Shown: positions 1-12,650 of the stretch, piece by piece
Layout of the letters: every line of letters starts with the position of its first letter
Numbering within the stretch: the first letter of the stretch is position 1
From: Camelus dromedarius
Taxonomy: Eukaryota
Reading direction: 5' to 3'
Length of the DNA stretch: 64,000 nucleotides
Assembly (NCBI RefSeq): GCF_036321535.1
Contig: NC_087436.1
Location: forward strand, 2,108,001-2,172,000
The notes under the pieces: model-generated
The model's database searches: none
What the model was told of the DNA's origin: nothing
What the model saw: only the letters and a program-made list of their open reading frames with translations
Made by a program: the position numbers and the translations under genes

Positions 1-2990
1 CTTTTACTCTGGATTCTCAGTCTGTTTCCTAGTGCCGGTTTGAAATTCCTGCAGTTTTCACTGTAAAACCGAGTTGGAGCTAGTACCTCCACATATATAT
101 GTATGGAGTAGAGTTTGCAACTTAAAAGAAACTTTGTGTTCCCAACAAGCTAGGTGAAGGACGGCTTTCACACACACTTATCTCTAAGAACTGAGCATGT
201 GGAGAGACGTTCGTTCATCTAGCAAAAAGGGAACGGGTTGCAGGAGAAACTTTTACTATGGTTTCTAAGTCTGTTTCCTAGTGCCGGTTTGAAGTTCCTG
301 CAATTTTCACTGTAAAACCGAGTTGGAGCTAGTACCTCCCCATATATATGTATGGATTGGAGTTTGCAAGTGAAAAGAAACTTTGTGTTCCCAACAAGCT
401 AGGTGAAGGACGGCTTTCACACACACTTATCTCTCAGATCTGAGCATGTGGAGAGACGTTCGTTCATCTAGCACGAAGGGAATGGTTTACAGGAGAAACT
501 TTTACTCTGGTTTCTCAGTCTGTTTCCTTGTGCCGGTTTGAAGTTCCTGCAGTTTTCATTGTAAAACCATGTTGGAGCTAGTACCTCCCCATAAATATGC
601 ATGGAGTGGAGTTTGCAACTGAAAAGAATTTTTGTATTCCCAAGAAGCTAGGTGAAGGACTGCTTTCACACACACTTATCTCTCAGAACAGAGCATGTTG
701 AGAGACGTTCGTTCATCTAGCACAAAGGGAACGGTTTGCAGGAGAAACTTTTACTCTGGTATCTCAGTCTGTTTCCTAGTGCCGGTTTGAAATTCCTGCA
801 GTTTTCACTGTAAAACCGAGTTTTAGCTAGTACCTACCCATATATATGTATGGATTGGAGTTTGCAAGTGAAAAGAAACTTTGTGTTCCCAACAAGCTAG
901 GTGAAGGACGGCTTTCACACACACTTATCTCTCAGAACTGAGCATGTGGAGAGACGTTCGTTCATCTAGCACGAAAGGAATGGTTTACAGGAGAAACTTT
1001 TACTCTGGTTTCTCAGTCTGTTTCCTTGTGCCGGTTTGAAGTTCCTGCAGTTTTCACTGTAAAACCGAGTTGGAGCTAGTACCTCCCCATAAATATGTAT
1101 GGAGTGGAGTTTGCAACTGAAAAGAATCTTTGTCTTCCCAAGAAGCTAGGTGAAGGGCGGCTTTCACACACACTTATCTCTCAGAACAGAGCATGTGGAG
1201 AGACGTTCGTTCATCTAGCACAAAGGGAACGGGTTGCAGGAGAAAGTTATACTCTGTTTTGTCAGTATGTTTCCTTGTGCCGGTTTAAAGTTCCTGCAGT
1301 TTTCACTGTAAAACCGAGTTGGAGCTAATACCTCCCCATATATATGTATGGAGTGGAGTATGCAACTGAAAAGAAACTTTGTGTTCCCAACAAGCTAGGT
1401 GAAGGACGGCTTTCACACACACTTATCTCTCAGAATTGAGCATGTGGAGAGACGATAGTTCATCAAGCACAAAGGGAACGGGTTGCAGGAGAAACTTTTA
1501 CTCTGGATTCTCAGTATGTTTCCTAGTGCTGGTTTGAAGTTCCTGCAGTTTTCACTGTAAAACCGAGTTGGAGCTAGTACCTCCCCATGTATATGTATGG
1601 AGTGGAGTTTGCAAGTGAAAAGAAACTTTGTGTTCCCAACAAGCTAAATGAAGGACGGCTTTCACACACACATATCTCTCAGAACTGAGCATGTGGAGAG
1701 ACGATCGTTCATCAAGCACAATGGGAACGGGTTGCAGGAGAAACTTTTACTCTGGATTCTCAGTCTGTTTCATAGTGCCGGTTTGAAATTCCTGCAGTTT
1801 TCACTGTAAAACCGAGTTGGGGCTAGTACCTCCACATATAAATGTATGGAGTTGAGTTTGCAACTTAAAAGAAACTTTGTGTTCCCAACAAGCTAGGTGA
1901 AGGACGGCTTTCACACACACTTATCTCTAAGAACTGAGCATGTGGAGAGACGTTCGTTCATCTAGCAAAAAGGGAACGGGTTGCAGGAGAAACTTTTACT
2001 CTGGTTTCTCAGTCTTTTTCCTAGTGCCGGTTTGAAGTTCCTGCAATTTTCACTGTAAAACCGAGTTGGAGCTAGTACCTCCCCATATATATGTATGGAT
2101 TGGAGTTTGCAAGTGAAAAGAAACTTTGTGTTCCCAACAAGCTAGGTGAAGGACGGCTTTCACACACACTTATCTCTCAGATCTGAGCATGTGGAGAGAC
2201 GTTCGTTCATCTAGCACGAAGGGAATGGTTTACAGGAGAAACTTTTACTCTGGTTTCTCAGTCTGTTTCCTTGTGCCGGTTTGAAGTTCCAGCAGTTTTC
2301 ATTGTAAAACAATGTTGGAGCTAGTACCTCCCCATAAATATGCATGTAGTGGAGTTTGCAACTGAAAAGAATCTTTGTATTCCCAAGAAGCTAGGTGAAG
2401 GACTGCTTTCACACACACTTATCTCTCAGAACAGAGCATGTGGAGAGACGTTCGTTCATCTAGCACAAAGGGAACGGTTTGCAGGAGAAACTTTTACTCT
2501 GGTATCTCAGTCTGTTTCCTAGAGCCGGTTTGAAGTTCCTGCAGTTTTCACTGTAAAACCGAGTTGTAGCTAGTACCTACCCATATATATGTATGGATTG
2601 GAGTTTGCAAGTGAAAAGAAACTTTGTGTTCCCAACAAGCTATGTGAAGGACGGCTTTCAAACACACTTATCTCTCAGAACTGAGCATGTGGAGAGACGT
2701 TCGTTCATCTAGCACGAAGGGAATGGTTTACAGGAGAAACTTTTACTCTGGTTTCTCAGTCTGTTTCCTTGTGCCGGTTTGAAGTTCCTGCAGTTTTCAC
2801 TGTAAAACCGAGTTGGAGCTAGTACCTCCCCATAAATATGTATGGAGTGGAGTTTGCAACTGAAAAGAATCTTTGTCTTCCCAAGAAGCTAGGTGAAGGG
2901 CGGCTTTCACACACACTTATCTCTCAGAACAGAGCATGTGGAGAGACGTTCATTCATCTAGCACAAAGGGAACGGGTTGCAGGAGAAAGT
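1..2990. repeat. 7-monomer HOR (1743 bp), ~1.7 copies
   Basis: Variants tgaaattcc, tccacat, caacttaaaa and tctctaagaa in 1-250 recur at 1744-1990. 'acgaagggaatggttta' at ~474 recurs at ~2217. ORFs 1095 and 2838 are offset by 1743. Confidence 0.85.
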
Positions 2991-3649
2991 TTTACTCTGG
3001 TTTCTCAGTCTTTTTCCTAGTGCCGGTTTGAAGTTCCTGCAATTTTCACTGTAAAACCGATTTGGAGCTGGTACCTCCCCATATATATGTATGGATTGGA
3101 GTTTGCAAGTGAAAAGTAACTTTGTATTCCCAAGAAGCTAGGTGAAGGACTGCTTTCACACACACTTATCTCTCAGAACAGAGCATGTGGAGAGACGTTC
3201 GTTCATCTAGCACAAAGGGAACGGTTTGCAGGAGAAACTTTTACTCTGGTATCTCAGTCTGTTTCCTAGTGCCGGTTTGAAGTTCCTGCCGTTTTCACTG
3301 TAAAACCGAGTTGTAGCTAGTACCTACCCATATATATGTATGGATTGGAGTTTGCAAGTGAAAAGAAACTTTGTGTTCCCAACAAGCTATGTGAAGGACG
3401 GCTTTCACACACACTTATCTCTCAGAACTTAGCATGTGGAGAGACTTTCGTTCATCTAGCACGAAGGGAATGGTTTACAGGAGAAACTTTTACTCTGGTT
3501 TCTCAGTCTGTTTCCATGTGCCGGTTTGAATTTCCTGCAGTTTTCACTGTAAAACCGATTTGGAGCTAGTACCTCCCCATAAATATGTATGGAGTGGAGT
3601 TTGCAACTGAAAAGAAACTTTGTGTTCCCAACAAGCTAGGTGAAGGACG

Positions 3650-6600
3650 GCTTTCACACACACTTATCTCTCAGAATTGAGCATGTGGAGAGACGATAGT
3701 TCATCAAGCACAAAGGGATCGGGTTGTAGGAGAAACTTTTACTCTGGATTCTCAGTATGTTTTCTAGTGCTTTTTTGAAGTTCCTGCTGTTTTCACTGTA
3801 AAACCGAGTTGGAGCTAGTACCTCCCCATGTATAAGTATGGAGTGGAGTTTGCAAGTGAAAAGAAACTTTGTGTTCCCAACAAGCAATGTTAAGGACGGC
3901 TTTCACACACACTTATCTCTCAGAACTGAGCATGTGGAGAGACATTCGTTCATTTCGCACAAAGGGAACGGTTTGCAGGAGAAACTTTTGCTCTGTATTC
4001 TCAGTCTGATTCCTAGTGCCGGTTTGATGTTCCTGCAGTTTTCACTGTAAAACAGATTTGGAGCTAGTACCTCCCCATATATATGTATGGATTGGAGTTT
4101 GCAAGTGAAAAGAAACTTTGTGTTCCCAACAAGCTCGGTGAAGTACGGCTTTCACACACACTTATCTCTCAGAACTGAGCATGTGGAGAGTCGATCGTTC
4201 ATCTAGCACAAAGGGAACGGGTTGCAGGAGAATCTTTTACTCTGGATTCTCCATCTGTTTCCTAGTGCCGGTTTGAAGTTCCTGCAGTTTTCACTGTAAA
4301 CCCGAGTTGGGGCTAGTACTTAACCATATATATGTATGGAGTGGATTTTGCAACTTAAAAGAAACTTTGTGTTCCCAACAAGCTAGGTGAAGGACGGCTT
4401 TCAAACACACTTATCTCTAAGAACTCAGCATGTGGAGAGACGTTCGTTCAACTAGCAAAAAGGGAACGGTTTGCAGGAATAACTTTTACTCTGTTTTCTC
4501 TGTATTTTTCCTACTCCCGTTTTGAAGTTCCTGCAGTTTTCACTGTAAAACAAAGTTAGAGCTATTACTTCCACATAAATATGTATGGAGTGGAGTTTGC
4601 AACTGAAAAGAAACTTTGTTTTCCCAACAAGCTAGGTGAAGGGCAGCTTTCACACACACTTATCTCTCAGAACTGAGCATGTTGAGAGACGTTCGTTCTT
4701 CTAGCACAAAGGGAACGGGTTGCAGGAGAAACTTTTACTCTGGATTCTCAGTATGTTTTCTAGTGCTGGTTTGAAGTTCCTGCAGTTTTCACTGTATAAC
4801 CGAGTTGGAGCTAGTACCTCCCCATGTATATGTATGGAGTGGAGTTTGCAAGTGAAAAGAAACTTTGTGTTCCCAACAAGCAATGTTAAGGACGGCTTTC
4901 ACACACACTTATGTCTCAGAACTGAGCATGTGGAGAGACGTTCGTTCATTTAGCACAAAGGGAACGGTTTGCAGGAGAAACTTTTGCTCTGTATTCTCAG
5001 TCTGATTCCTAGTTCCGGTTTGAAGTTCCTGCAGTTTTCACTGTAAAACCGATTTGGAGCTAATACCTCCCCATATATATGTATGGATTGGAGTTTGCAA
5101 GTGAAAAGAAACTTTGTGTTCCCAACAAGCTCGGTGAAGTACGGCTTTCACACACACTTATCTCTCAGAAATGAGCATGTGGAGAGACGATCGTTCATCT
5201 AGCACAAAGGGAACGGGTTGCAGGAGAAACTTTTACTCTGGATTCTCCATCTGTTTCCTAGTGCCGGTTTGAAGTTCCTGCAGTTTTCACTGTAAACCCG
5301 AGTTGGAGCTAGTACCTACCCATATATATGTATGGAGTGGATTTTGCAACTTAAAAGAAACTTTGTGTTCCCAACAAGCTAGGTGAAAGACGGCTTTCAA
5401 ACACACTTATCTCTAAGAACTCAGCATGTGGAGAGACGTTCGTTCAACTAGCAAAAAAGGAACGGTTTGCAGGAGTGACTTTTACTCTGTTTTCTCTGTA
5501 TTTTTCCTACTCCAGTTTTGAAGTTCCTGCAGTTTTCACTGTAAAACAAAGTTAGAGATATTACTTCCACATAAATATGTATGGAGTGGAGTTTGCAACT
5601 GAAAAGAAACTTTGTGTTCCCAACAAGCTAGGTGAAGGGCAGCTTTCACACACACTTATCTCTCAGAACTGAGCATGTGGAGAGACGATCGTTCATCAAG
5701 CACAAAGGGAACGGGTTGCAGGAGAAACTTTTACTCTGGATTCTCAGTATGTTTTCTAGTGCTGGTTTGAAGTTCCTGCAGTTTTCACTGTATAACCGAG
5801 TTGGAGCTAGTACCTCCCCATGTATATGTATGGAGTGGAGTTTGCAAGTGAAAAGAAACTTTGTGTTCCCAACAAGCAATGTTAAGGACGGCTTTCACAC
5901 ACACTTATGTCTCAGAACTGAGCATGTGGAGAGACGTTCGTTCATTTAGCACAAAGGGAACGGTTTGCAGGAGAAACTTTTGCTCTGTATTCTCAGTCTG
6001 ATTCCTAGTTCCGGTTTGAAGTTCCTGCAGTTTTCACTGTAAAACCGATTTGGAGCTAATACCTCCCCATATATATGTATGGATTGGAGTTTGCAAGTGA
6101 AAAGAAACTTTGTGTTCCCAACAAGCTCGGTGAAGTACGGCTTTCACACACACTTATCTCTCAGAAATGAGCATGTGGAGAGACGATCGTTCATCTAGCA
6201 CAAAGGGAACGGGTTGCAGGAGAAACTTTTACTCTGGATTCTCCATCTGTTTCCTAGTGCCGGTTTGAAGTTCCTGCAGTTTTCACTGTAAACCCGAGTT
6301 GGAGCTAGTACCTACCCATATATATGTATGGAGTGGATTTTGCAACTTAAAAGAAACTTTGTGTTCCCAACAAGCTAGGTGAAAGACGGCTTTCAAACAC
6401 ACTTATCTCTAAGAACTCAGCATGTGGAGAGACGTTCGTTCAACTAGCAAAAAAGGAACGGTTTGCAGGAGTGACTTTTACTCTGTTTTCTCTGTATTTT
6501 TCCTACTCCAGTTTTGAAGTTCCTGCAGTTTTCACAGTAAAACAAAGTTAGAGATATTACTTCCACATAAATATGTATGGAATGGAGTTTGCAACTGAAA

Positions 6601-6710
6601 AGAAACTTTGTGTTCCCAACAAGCTAGGTGAAGGGCAGCTTTCACACACACTTATCTCTCAGAACTGAGCATGTGGAGAGACGATCGTTCATCAAGCACA
6701 AAGGGAACGG
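3650..6710. repeat. 4-monomer HOR (996 bp), 3 copies
   Basis: 'caagcaatgttaagg' at ~3881, ~4877, ~5873 and 'tctaagaactcagc' at ~4416, ~5412, ~6408. Minus-strand ORF starts at 3887, 4883 and 5879 are offset by 996. Confidence 0.92.
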
Positions 6711-6899
6711 GTTGCAGGAGAAACTTTTACTCTGGATTCTCAGTCTGTTTCCTAGTGCCGGTTTGAAGTTCCTGCCGTTTTCACTGTAAAATCTTGATGG
6801 AGCTAGTACCTACCCATATATATGTATGGAATGGAGTTTGCAACTGAAAAGAAACTTTGTGTTCCCAACAAGCTAGGTGAAGGACGATTTTCACACACA

Positions 6900-8390
6900 C
6901 TTATCTCTCAGAACTGAGCATGTGGAGAGACGTTCGTTCATAAAGCACAAAAGGAACGGTTTGCAGGAGTAACTTTTACTCTGGTTTCTCAGTATGTTTC
7001 CTACTGTAGGTTTGAAGTTCCTGCAGTTTTCACTGTAAAACCGAGTTGGAGATATTACCTCCCCATAAATATGTATGGAGTGGAGTTTGCAACTGAAAAA
7101 AAACTTTGTGTTCCCAACAAGCTAGGTGAAGGACGGCTTTCACACAGATTTATCTCTCAGAACTGAGCATGTGGAGAGACGTTCGTTCATCTAGCAAAAA
7201 TGGAACAGGTTGCAGGAGAAACTTTTACTCTGGTTTCTCAGTCGGTTTCCTAGTGCCGGTTTCAAGTTCCTGCAGTTTTTACTGTAAAACCGAGTTGGAG
7301 CTAGTACCTCCCCATAAATATGTATGGAGTGGAGTTTGCAACTGAAAAGAATCTTTGTATTCCCAAGAAGCTAGGTGAAGGACGGCTTTCACACACACTT
7401 ATCTCTCAGAACAGAGCATGTGGAGAGACGTTCGTTCATCTAGCACAAAGGGAACGGTTTGCAGGAGAAAGATTTACTCTGGTTTCTCAGTATGTTTCCT
7501 AGTGCCGGTTTGAAGTTCCTGCAGTTTTCACTGTAAAACCGAGTTGGAGCTAGTACCTCCCCATATATATGTATGGAGTGGAGTTTGCAACTGAAAAGAA
7601 ACTTTGTGTTCCCAACAAGCTGGGTGAAGGACGGCTTTCACACACACTTATCTCTCAGAACTGAGCATGTGGAGAGACGTTCGTTCATAAAGCACAAAAG
7701 GAACGGTTTGCAGGAGTAACTTTTACTCTGGTTTCTCAGTATGTTTCCTACTGTAGGTTTGATGTTCCTGCAGTTTTCACTGTAAAACCGAGTTGGAGAT
7801 ATTACCTCCCCATAAATATGTATGGAGTGGAGTTTGCAACTGAAAAAAAACTTTGTGTTCCCAACAAGCTAGGTGAAGGACGGCTTTCACACAGACTTAC
7901 CTCTCAGAACTGAGCATGTGGAGAGACGTTCGTTCATCTAGCAAAAAGGGAACAGGTTGCAGGAGAAACTTTTACTCTGGTTTCTCAGTCGGTTTCCTAG
8001 TGCCGGTTTCAAGTTCCTGCAGTTTTTACTGTAAAACCGAGTTGGAGCTAGTACCTCCCCATAAATATGTATGGAGTGGAGTTTGCAACTGAAAAGAATC
8101 TTTGTATTCCCAAGAAGCTAGGTGAAGGACGGCTTTCACACACACTTATCTCTCAGAACAGAGCATGTGGAGAGACGTTCGTTCATCTAGCACAAAGGGA
8201 ACGGGTTGCAGGAGAAAGATTTACTCTGGTTTCTCAGTATGTTTCCTAGTGCCGGTTTGAAGTTCCTGCAGTTTTCACTGTAAAACCGAGTTGGAGCTAG
8301 TACCTCCCCATATATATGTATGGAGTGGAGTTTGCAACTGAAAAGAAACTTTGTGTTCCCAACAAGCTGGGTGAAGGACGGCTTTCACAC
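6900..8390. repeat. 3-monomer duplication (747 bp), 2 copies
   Basis: 'cataaagcacaaaaggaacggttt' at ~6939 and ~7686. 'ctactgtagg' and 'gaaagattt' are each duplicated. ORFs 7320 and 8067 are offset by 747. Confidence 0.9.
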
Positions 8391-9659
8391 ACACTTATCT
8401 CTCTGAACTGAGCATGTGGAGAGACGATCGTTCATCAAGCACAAAGGGAAAGGTTTGCAGGAGAAACTTTTACTCTGGTTTCTCAGTCTGTTTCCTAGTG
8501 CCGGTTTGTAGTTCCTGCAGTTTTCACTGTAAAACAGAGTTGGAGCTAGTACCTCCCCTTGTATATGTATGGAGTGGAGTTTGCAACTGAAAAGAAACTT
8601 TGTGTTCCCAACAAGCTAGGTGAAGGACGGCTTTCAAACACAATTATCTCTCAGAACTGAGCATGTGGAGAGACGTTCGTTCATTTAGGGCAAAGGGAAC
8701 AGTTTGCAGGAGAAACTTTTACTCTGGTTTCTCAGTCTGTTTCCTAGTGCCGGTTTGAATTTTCTGCAGTTTTCACTGTAAAAACGAGTTGGAGCCTGTA
8801 CCTCCCCATATAAATGTATGGATTGCAGTTTGCAAGTGAAAAGAAACTTTGTGTTCCCAACAAGCTAGATGAAGGACGGCATTCACACACACTTATCTCT
8901 CAGAAATGAGCATGTGGGGAGACGTTCGTTCATCTAGCACTAAAGAAATTGTTTACACGAGAAACTTTTACTCTGGTTTCTCAGACTGTTTCCTTGTGCC
9001 GGTTTGAAGATCCTGCAGTTTTCACTGTAAAACCGAGTTGGAGCTAGTACATACCCATAAATATGTATGGAGTGGAGTTTGCAACTGAAAAAAATCTTTG
9101 TATTCCCAAGAAGCTATGTGAAGTACGGCATTCACACACACATATCTCTCAGAACATAGCATGTGGAGAGACTTTCGTTCATCTAGCACAAAGTTAAAGG
9201 GTTGCAGGAGAAAATTTTACTCTGGTTTCTCAGTATGTTTCCTAGTGCCGGTTTGAAGTTCCTGCAGTTTTCACTGTAAAACCGAGTTGGAGCTAGTACC
9301 TACCCATATATATGTATGGAGTGGAGTTTGCAACTGAAAAGAAACTTTGTGTTCCTAACAAGTTGGTTGAAGGGCGGCTTTCACACACACTTATCTCTCA
9401 GAACTGAGCATGTGGAGAGACGATCGTTCATCAAGCACAAAGGGAACGGGTTGCAGAAGAAAATTTTACTCTGGTTTCTCAGTCTGTTTCCTAGTGCTGG
9501 TTTGAAGTTCCTGCAGTTTTCACTGTAAAACCGAGTTGGAGCTAGTATCTCCCCGTATATATGAATGGAGTGGAGTTTGCAACTTAAAAGAAACTTTGTG
9601 TTCCCAACAAGCTAGGTGAAGGACGGCTTTCACACACACTTATCTCTCAGAACTGAGCA

Positions 9660-12650
9660 TGTGGAGAGAAGTTCGGTCATCTAGCACAAAAGGAACGGTT
9701 TGCAGTAGAAAATTTGACCCTGGTTTCTCAGTCTGTTTCCTAGTGCCGGTTTGAAGTTCCTGCAGTTTTCACTGTAAAACCGAGTTGGAGCTAGTACCTC
9801 CGAATATATATGTATGGATTGGAGTTTGCAACTGAAAAGAAACTTTGTGTTCCCAAGAAGCTAGTTGAAGGACTGCTTTCACACACACTTATCACTCAGA
9901 ACTGAGCATGTGGAGAGACGTTCGTTCATCTAGCAAAAATGGAACGGGTTGCAGTAGAAAATTTGACTCTGGTTTCTCAGTGTGTTTCCAAGTGCCGGTT
10001 TGAAGTTCCTGCAGTTTTCACTGTAAAACCGAGTTGGAGCTAGTACCTACACATATATATGTATGGAGTGGAGTTTGCAACTGAAAAGAAACTTTGTGTT
10101 CCAAACAAGCTAGGTGAAGGACGGCTTTCACACTCACTTATCTCTCAGAACTGAGCATGTGGAGAGACGTTCATTCATCTAGCACAAAGGAAACGGGAAG
10201 CAGGAGAAACTTATACTCTGGTTTCTCAGTCTGTTTAGTGTTGGCGGTTTGAAGTTCCTGCAGTTTTCACTGTAAAACCGTGTTGGAGCTAGTACCTCCC
10301 CATATATATGTATGGAGTGGAGTTTCAACTGAAAAGAAACTTTGTGTTCCCAACAAGGTAGGTGAAGGACGGCTTTCACACACAATTATCTCTCAGAACT
10401 GAGCATGTGGAGAGACGTTCATTCATCTAGCATAAAGGGAACGGGTTGCAGGAGAAACTTTTACTCTGGTTTCTCAGTCTGTTTCCTAGTGCCGGTTTGA
10501 AGTTCCAGCTGTTTTCACTGTAAAACAGAGTTGGAACTGGTACCTCCCCATATATATGTATGGAGTGGAGTTTGCAACTGAAAAGAAACTTTGTGTTCCC
10601 AACAAGCTATGTGAAGGACGGCTTTCAAACGCACTTATCTCTCAGAACTGAGCATGTTCAGAGACGTTTTTTCATCTAGCACAAATGCAACGGGTTGCAT
10701 TAGAAAATTTTACTCTGGTTTCTCAGGCTGTTTCCTAGTGCCGGTTTGAAGTTCCTGCAGTTTTCACTGTACAACCGAGTTTGAGCTAGTACCTCCCCAT
10801 ATATATATATGGATTGGAGTTTGCAACTGAAAAGAATCTTTGTGTTCCCTACAAGCTAGGTGAAGGACGGCTTTCACACACACTTATCTCTCAGAATTGA
10901 GCATGTGGAGAGACGTTCGTTCATCTAGCACAAAGGGAATGGGTAGCAGGAGAAACTTTTACTCTTGTTTCTCAGTCTTTTTCCTGTTGCCTCTTTGAAG
11001 TTCCTGCAGTTTTCACTGTAAAACCGAGTTGGAGCTAGTACCTCCCCATATATATGTATGGAGTGGAGTATCAACTGAAATGAAACTTTGTGTTCCCAAG
11101 AAGCTAGGTTAAGGACGGCTTTCACACACACTTATCTCTCAGAACTGAGCATGTGTAGAGACGTTCGGTCATCTAGCACAAAAGGAACGGTTTGCAGTAG
11201 AAAATTTGACCCTGGTTTCTCAGTCTGTTTCCTAGTGCCGGTTTGAAGTTCCTGCAGTTTTCACTGTAAAACCGAGTTGGAGCTAGTACCTCCGAATATA
11301 TATGTATGGATTGGAGTTTGCAACTGAAAAGAAACTTTGTGTTCCCAAGAAGCTAGTTGAAGGACTGCTTTCACACACACTTATCACTCAGAACTGAGCA
11401 TGTGGAGAGACGTTCGTTCATCTAGCAAAAATGGAACGGGTTGCAGTAGAAAATTTGACTCTGGTTTCTCAGTGTGTTTCCAAGTGCCGGTTTGAAGTTC
11501 CTGCAGTTTTCACTGTAAAACCGAGTTGGAGCTAGTACCTACACATATATATGTATGGAGTGGAGTTTGCAACTGAAAAGAAACTTTGTGTTCCAAACAA
11601 GCTAGGTGAAGGACGGCTTTCACACTCACTTATCTCTCAGAACTGAGCATGTGGAGAGACGTTCATTCATCTAGCACAAAGGAAACGGGAAGCAGGAGAA
11701 ACTTATACTCTGGTTTCTCAGTCTGTTTAGTGTTGGCGGTTTGAAGTTCCTGCAGTTTTCTCTGTAAAACCGTGTTGGAGCTAGTACCTCCCCATATATA
11801 TGTATGGAGTGGAGTTTCAACTGAAAAGAAACTTTGTGTTCCCAACAAGGTAGGTGAAGGACGGCTTTCACACACAATTTTCTCTCAGAACTGAGCATGT
11901 GGAGAGACGTTCATTCATCTAGCATAAAGGGAACGGGTTGCAGGAGAAACTTTTACTCTGGTTTCTCAGTCTGTTTCCTAGTGCCGGTTTGAAGTTCCAG
12001 CTGTTTTCACTGTAAAACAGAGTTGGAACTGGTACCTCCCCATATATATGTATGGAGTGGAGTTTGCAACTGAAAAGAAACTTTGTGTTCCCAACAAGCT
12101 ATGTGAAGGACGGCTTTCAAACGCACTTATCTCTCAGAACTGAGCATGTTCAGAGACGTTTTTTCATCTAGCACAAATGCAACGGGTTGCATTAGAAAAT
12201 TTTACTCTGGTTTCTCAGGCTGTTTCCTAGTGCCGGTTTGAAGTTCCTGCTGTTTTCACTGTACAACCGAGTTTGAGCTAGTACCTCCCCATATATATAT
12301 ATGGATTGGAGTTTGCAACTGAAAAGAATCTTTGTGTTCCCTACAAGCTAGGTGAAGGACGGCTTTCACACACACTTATCTCTCAGAATTGAGCATGTGG
12401 AGAGACGTTCGTTCATCTAGCACAAAGGGAATGGGTAGCAGGAGAAACTTTTACTCTTGTTTCTCAGTCTTTTTCCTGTTGCCTCTTTGAAGTTCCTGCA
12501 GTTTTCACTGTAAAACCGAGTTGGAGCTAGTACCTCCCCATATATATGTATGGAGTGGAGTATCAACTGAAATGAAACTTTGTGTTCCCAAGAAGCTAGG
12601 TGAAGGACGGCTTTCACACACACTTATCTCTCAGAACTGAGCATGTGGAG
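9660..12650. repeat. 6-monomer duplication (1492 bp), 2 near-identical copies
   Basis: 'ttcggtcat', 'tccgaatat', 'ttccaaac', 'gggaagcagg' and 'agtatcaactgaaatga' each occur twice. ORFs 10925/12417 and 10179/11671 are offset by 1492 (6x249-2). Confidence 0.93.

Noticed and set aside
92..104. TATA-like 'catatatatgtat' as a promoter, and (CA)n/(AT)n as microsatellites
   Set aside because: These are fixed short parts of the monomer, with no downstream gene and no evident length polymorphism.
1..249. Primate alpha satellite (shared short words such as ctcagaa, agaaactt, ctttgtg, gcagtttt, gcaagtg, ttggagc)
   Set aside because: The monomer is 249 bp rather than 171 bp, and the shared words are short and not convincingly collinear by eye. 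Homology cannot be supported without an alignment.
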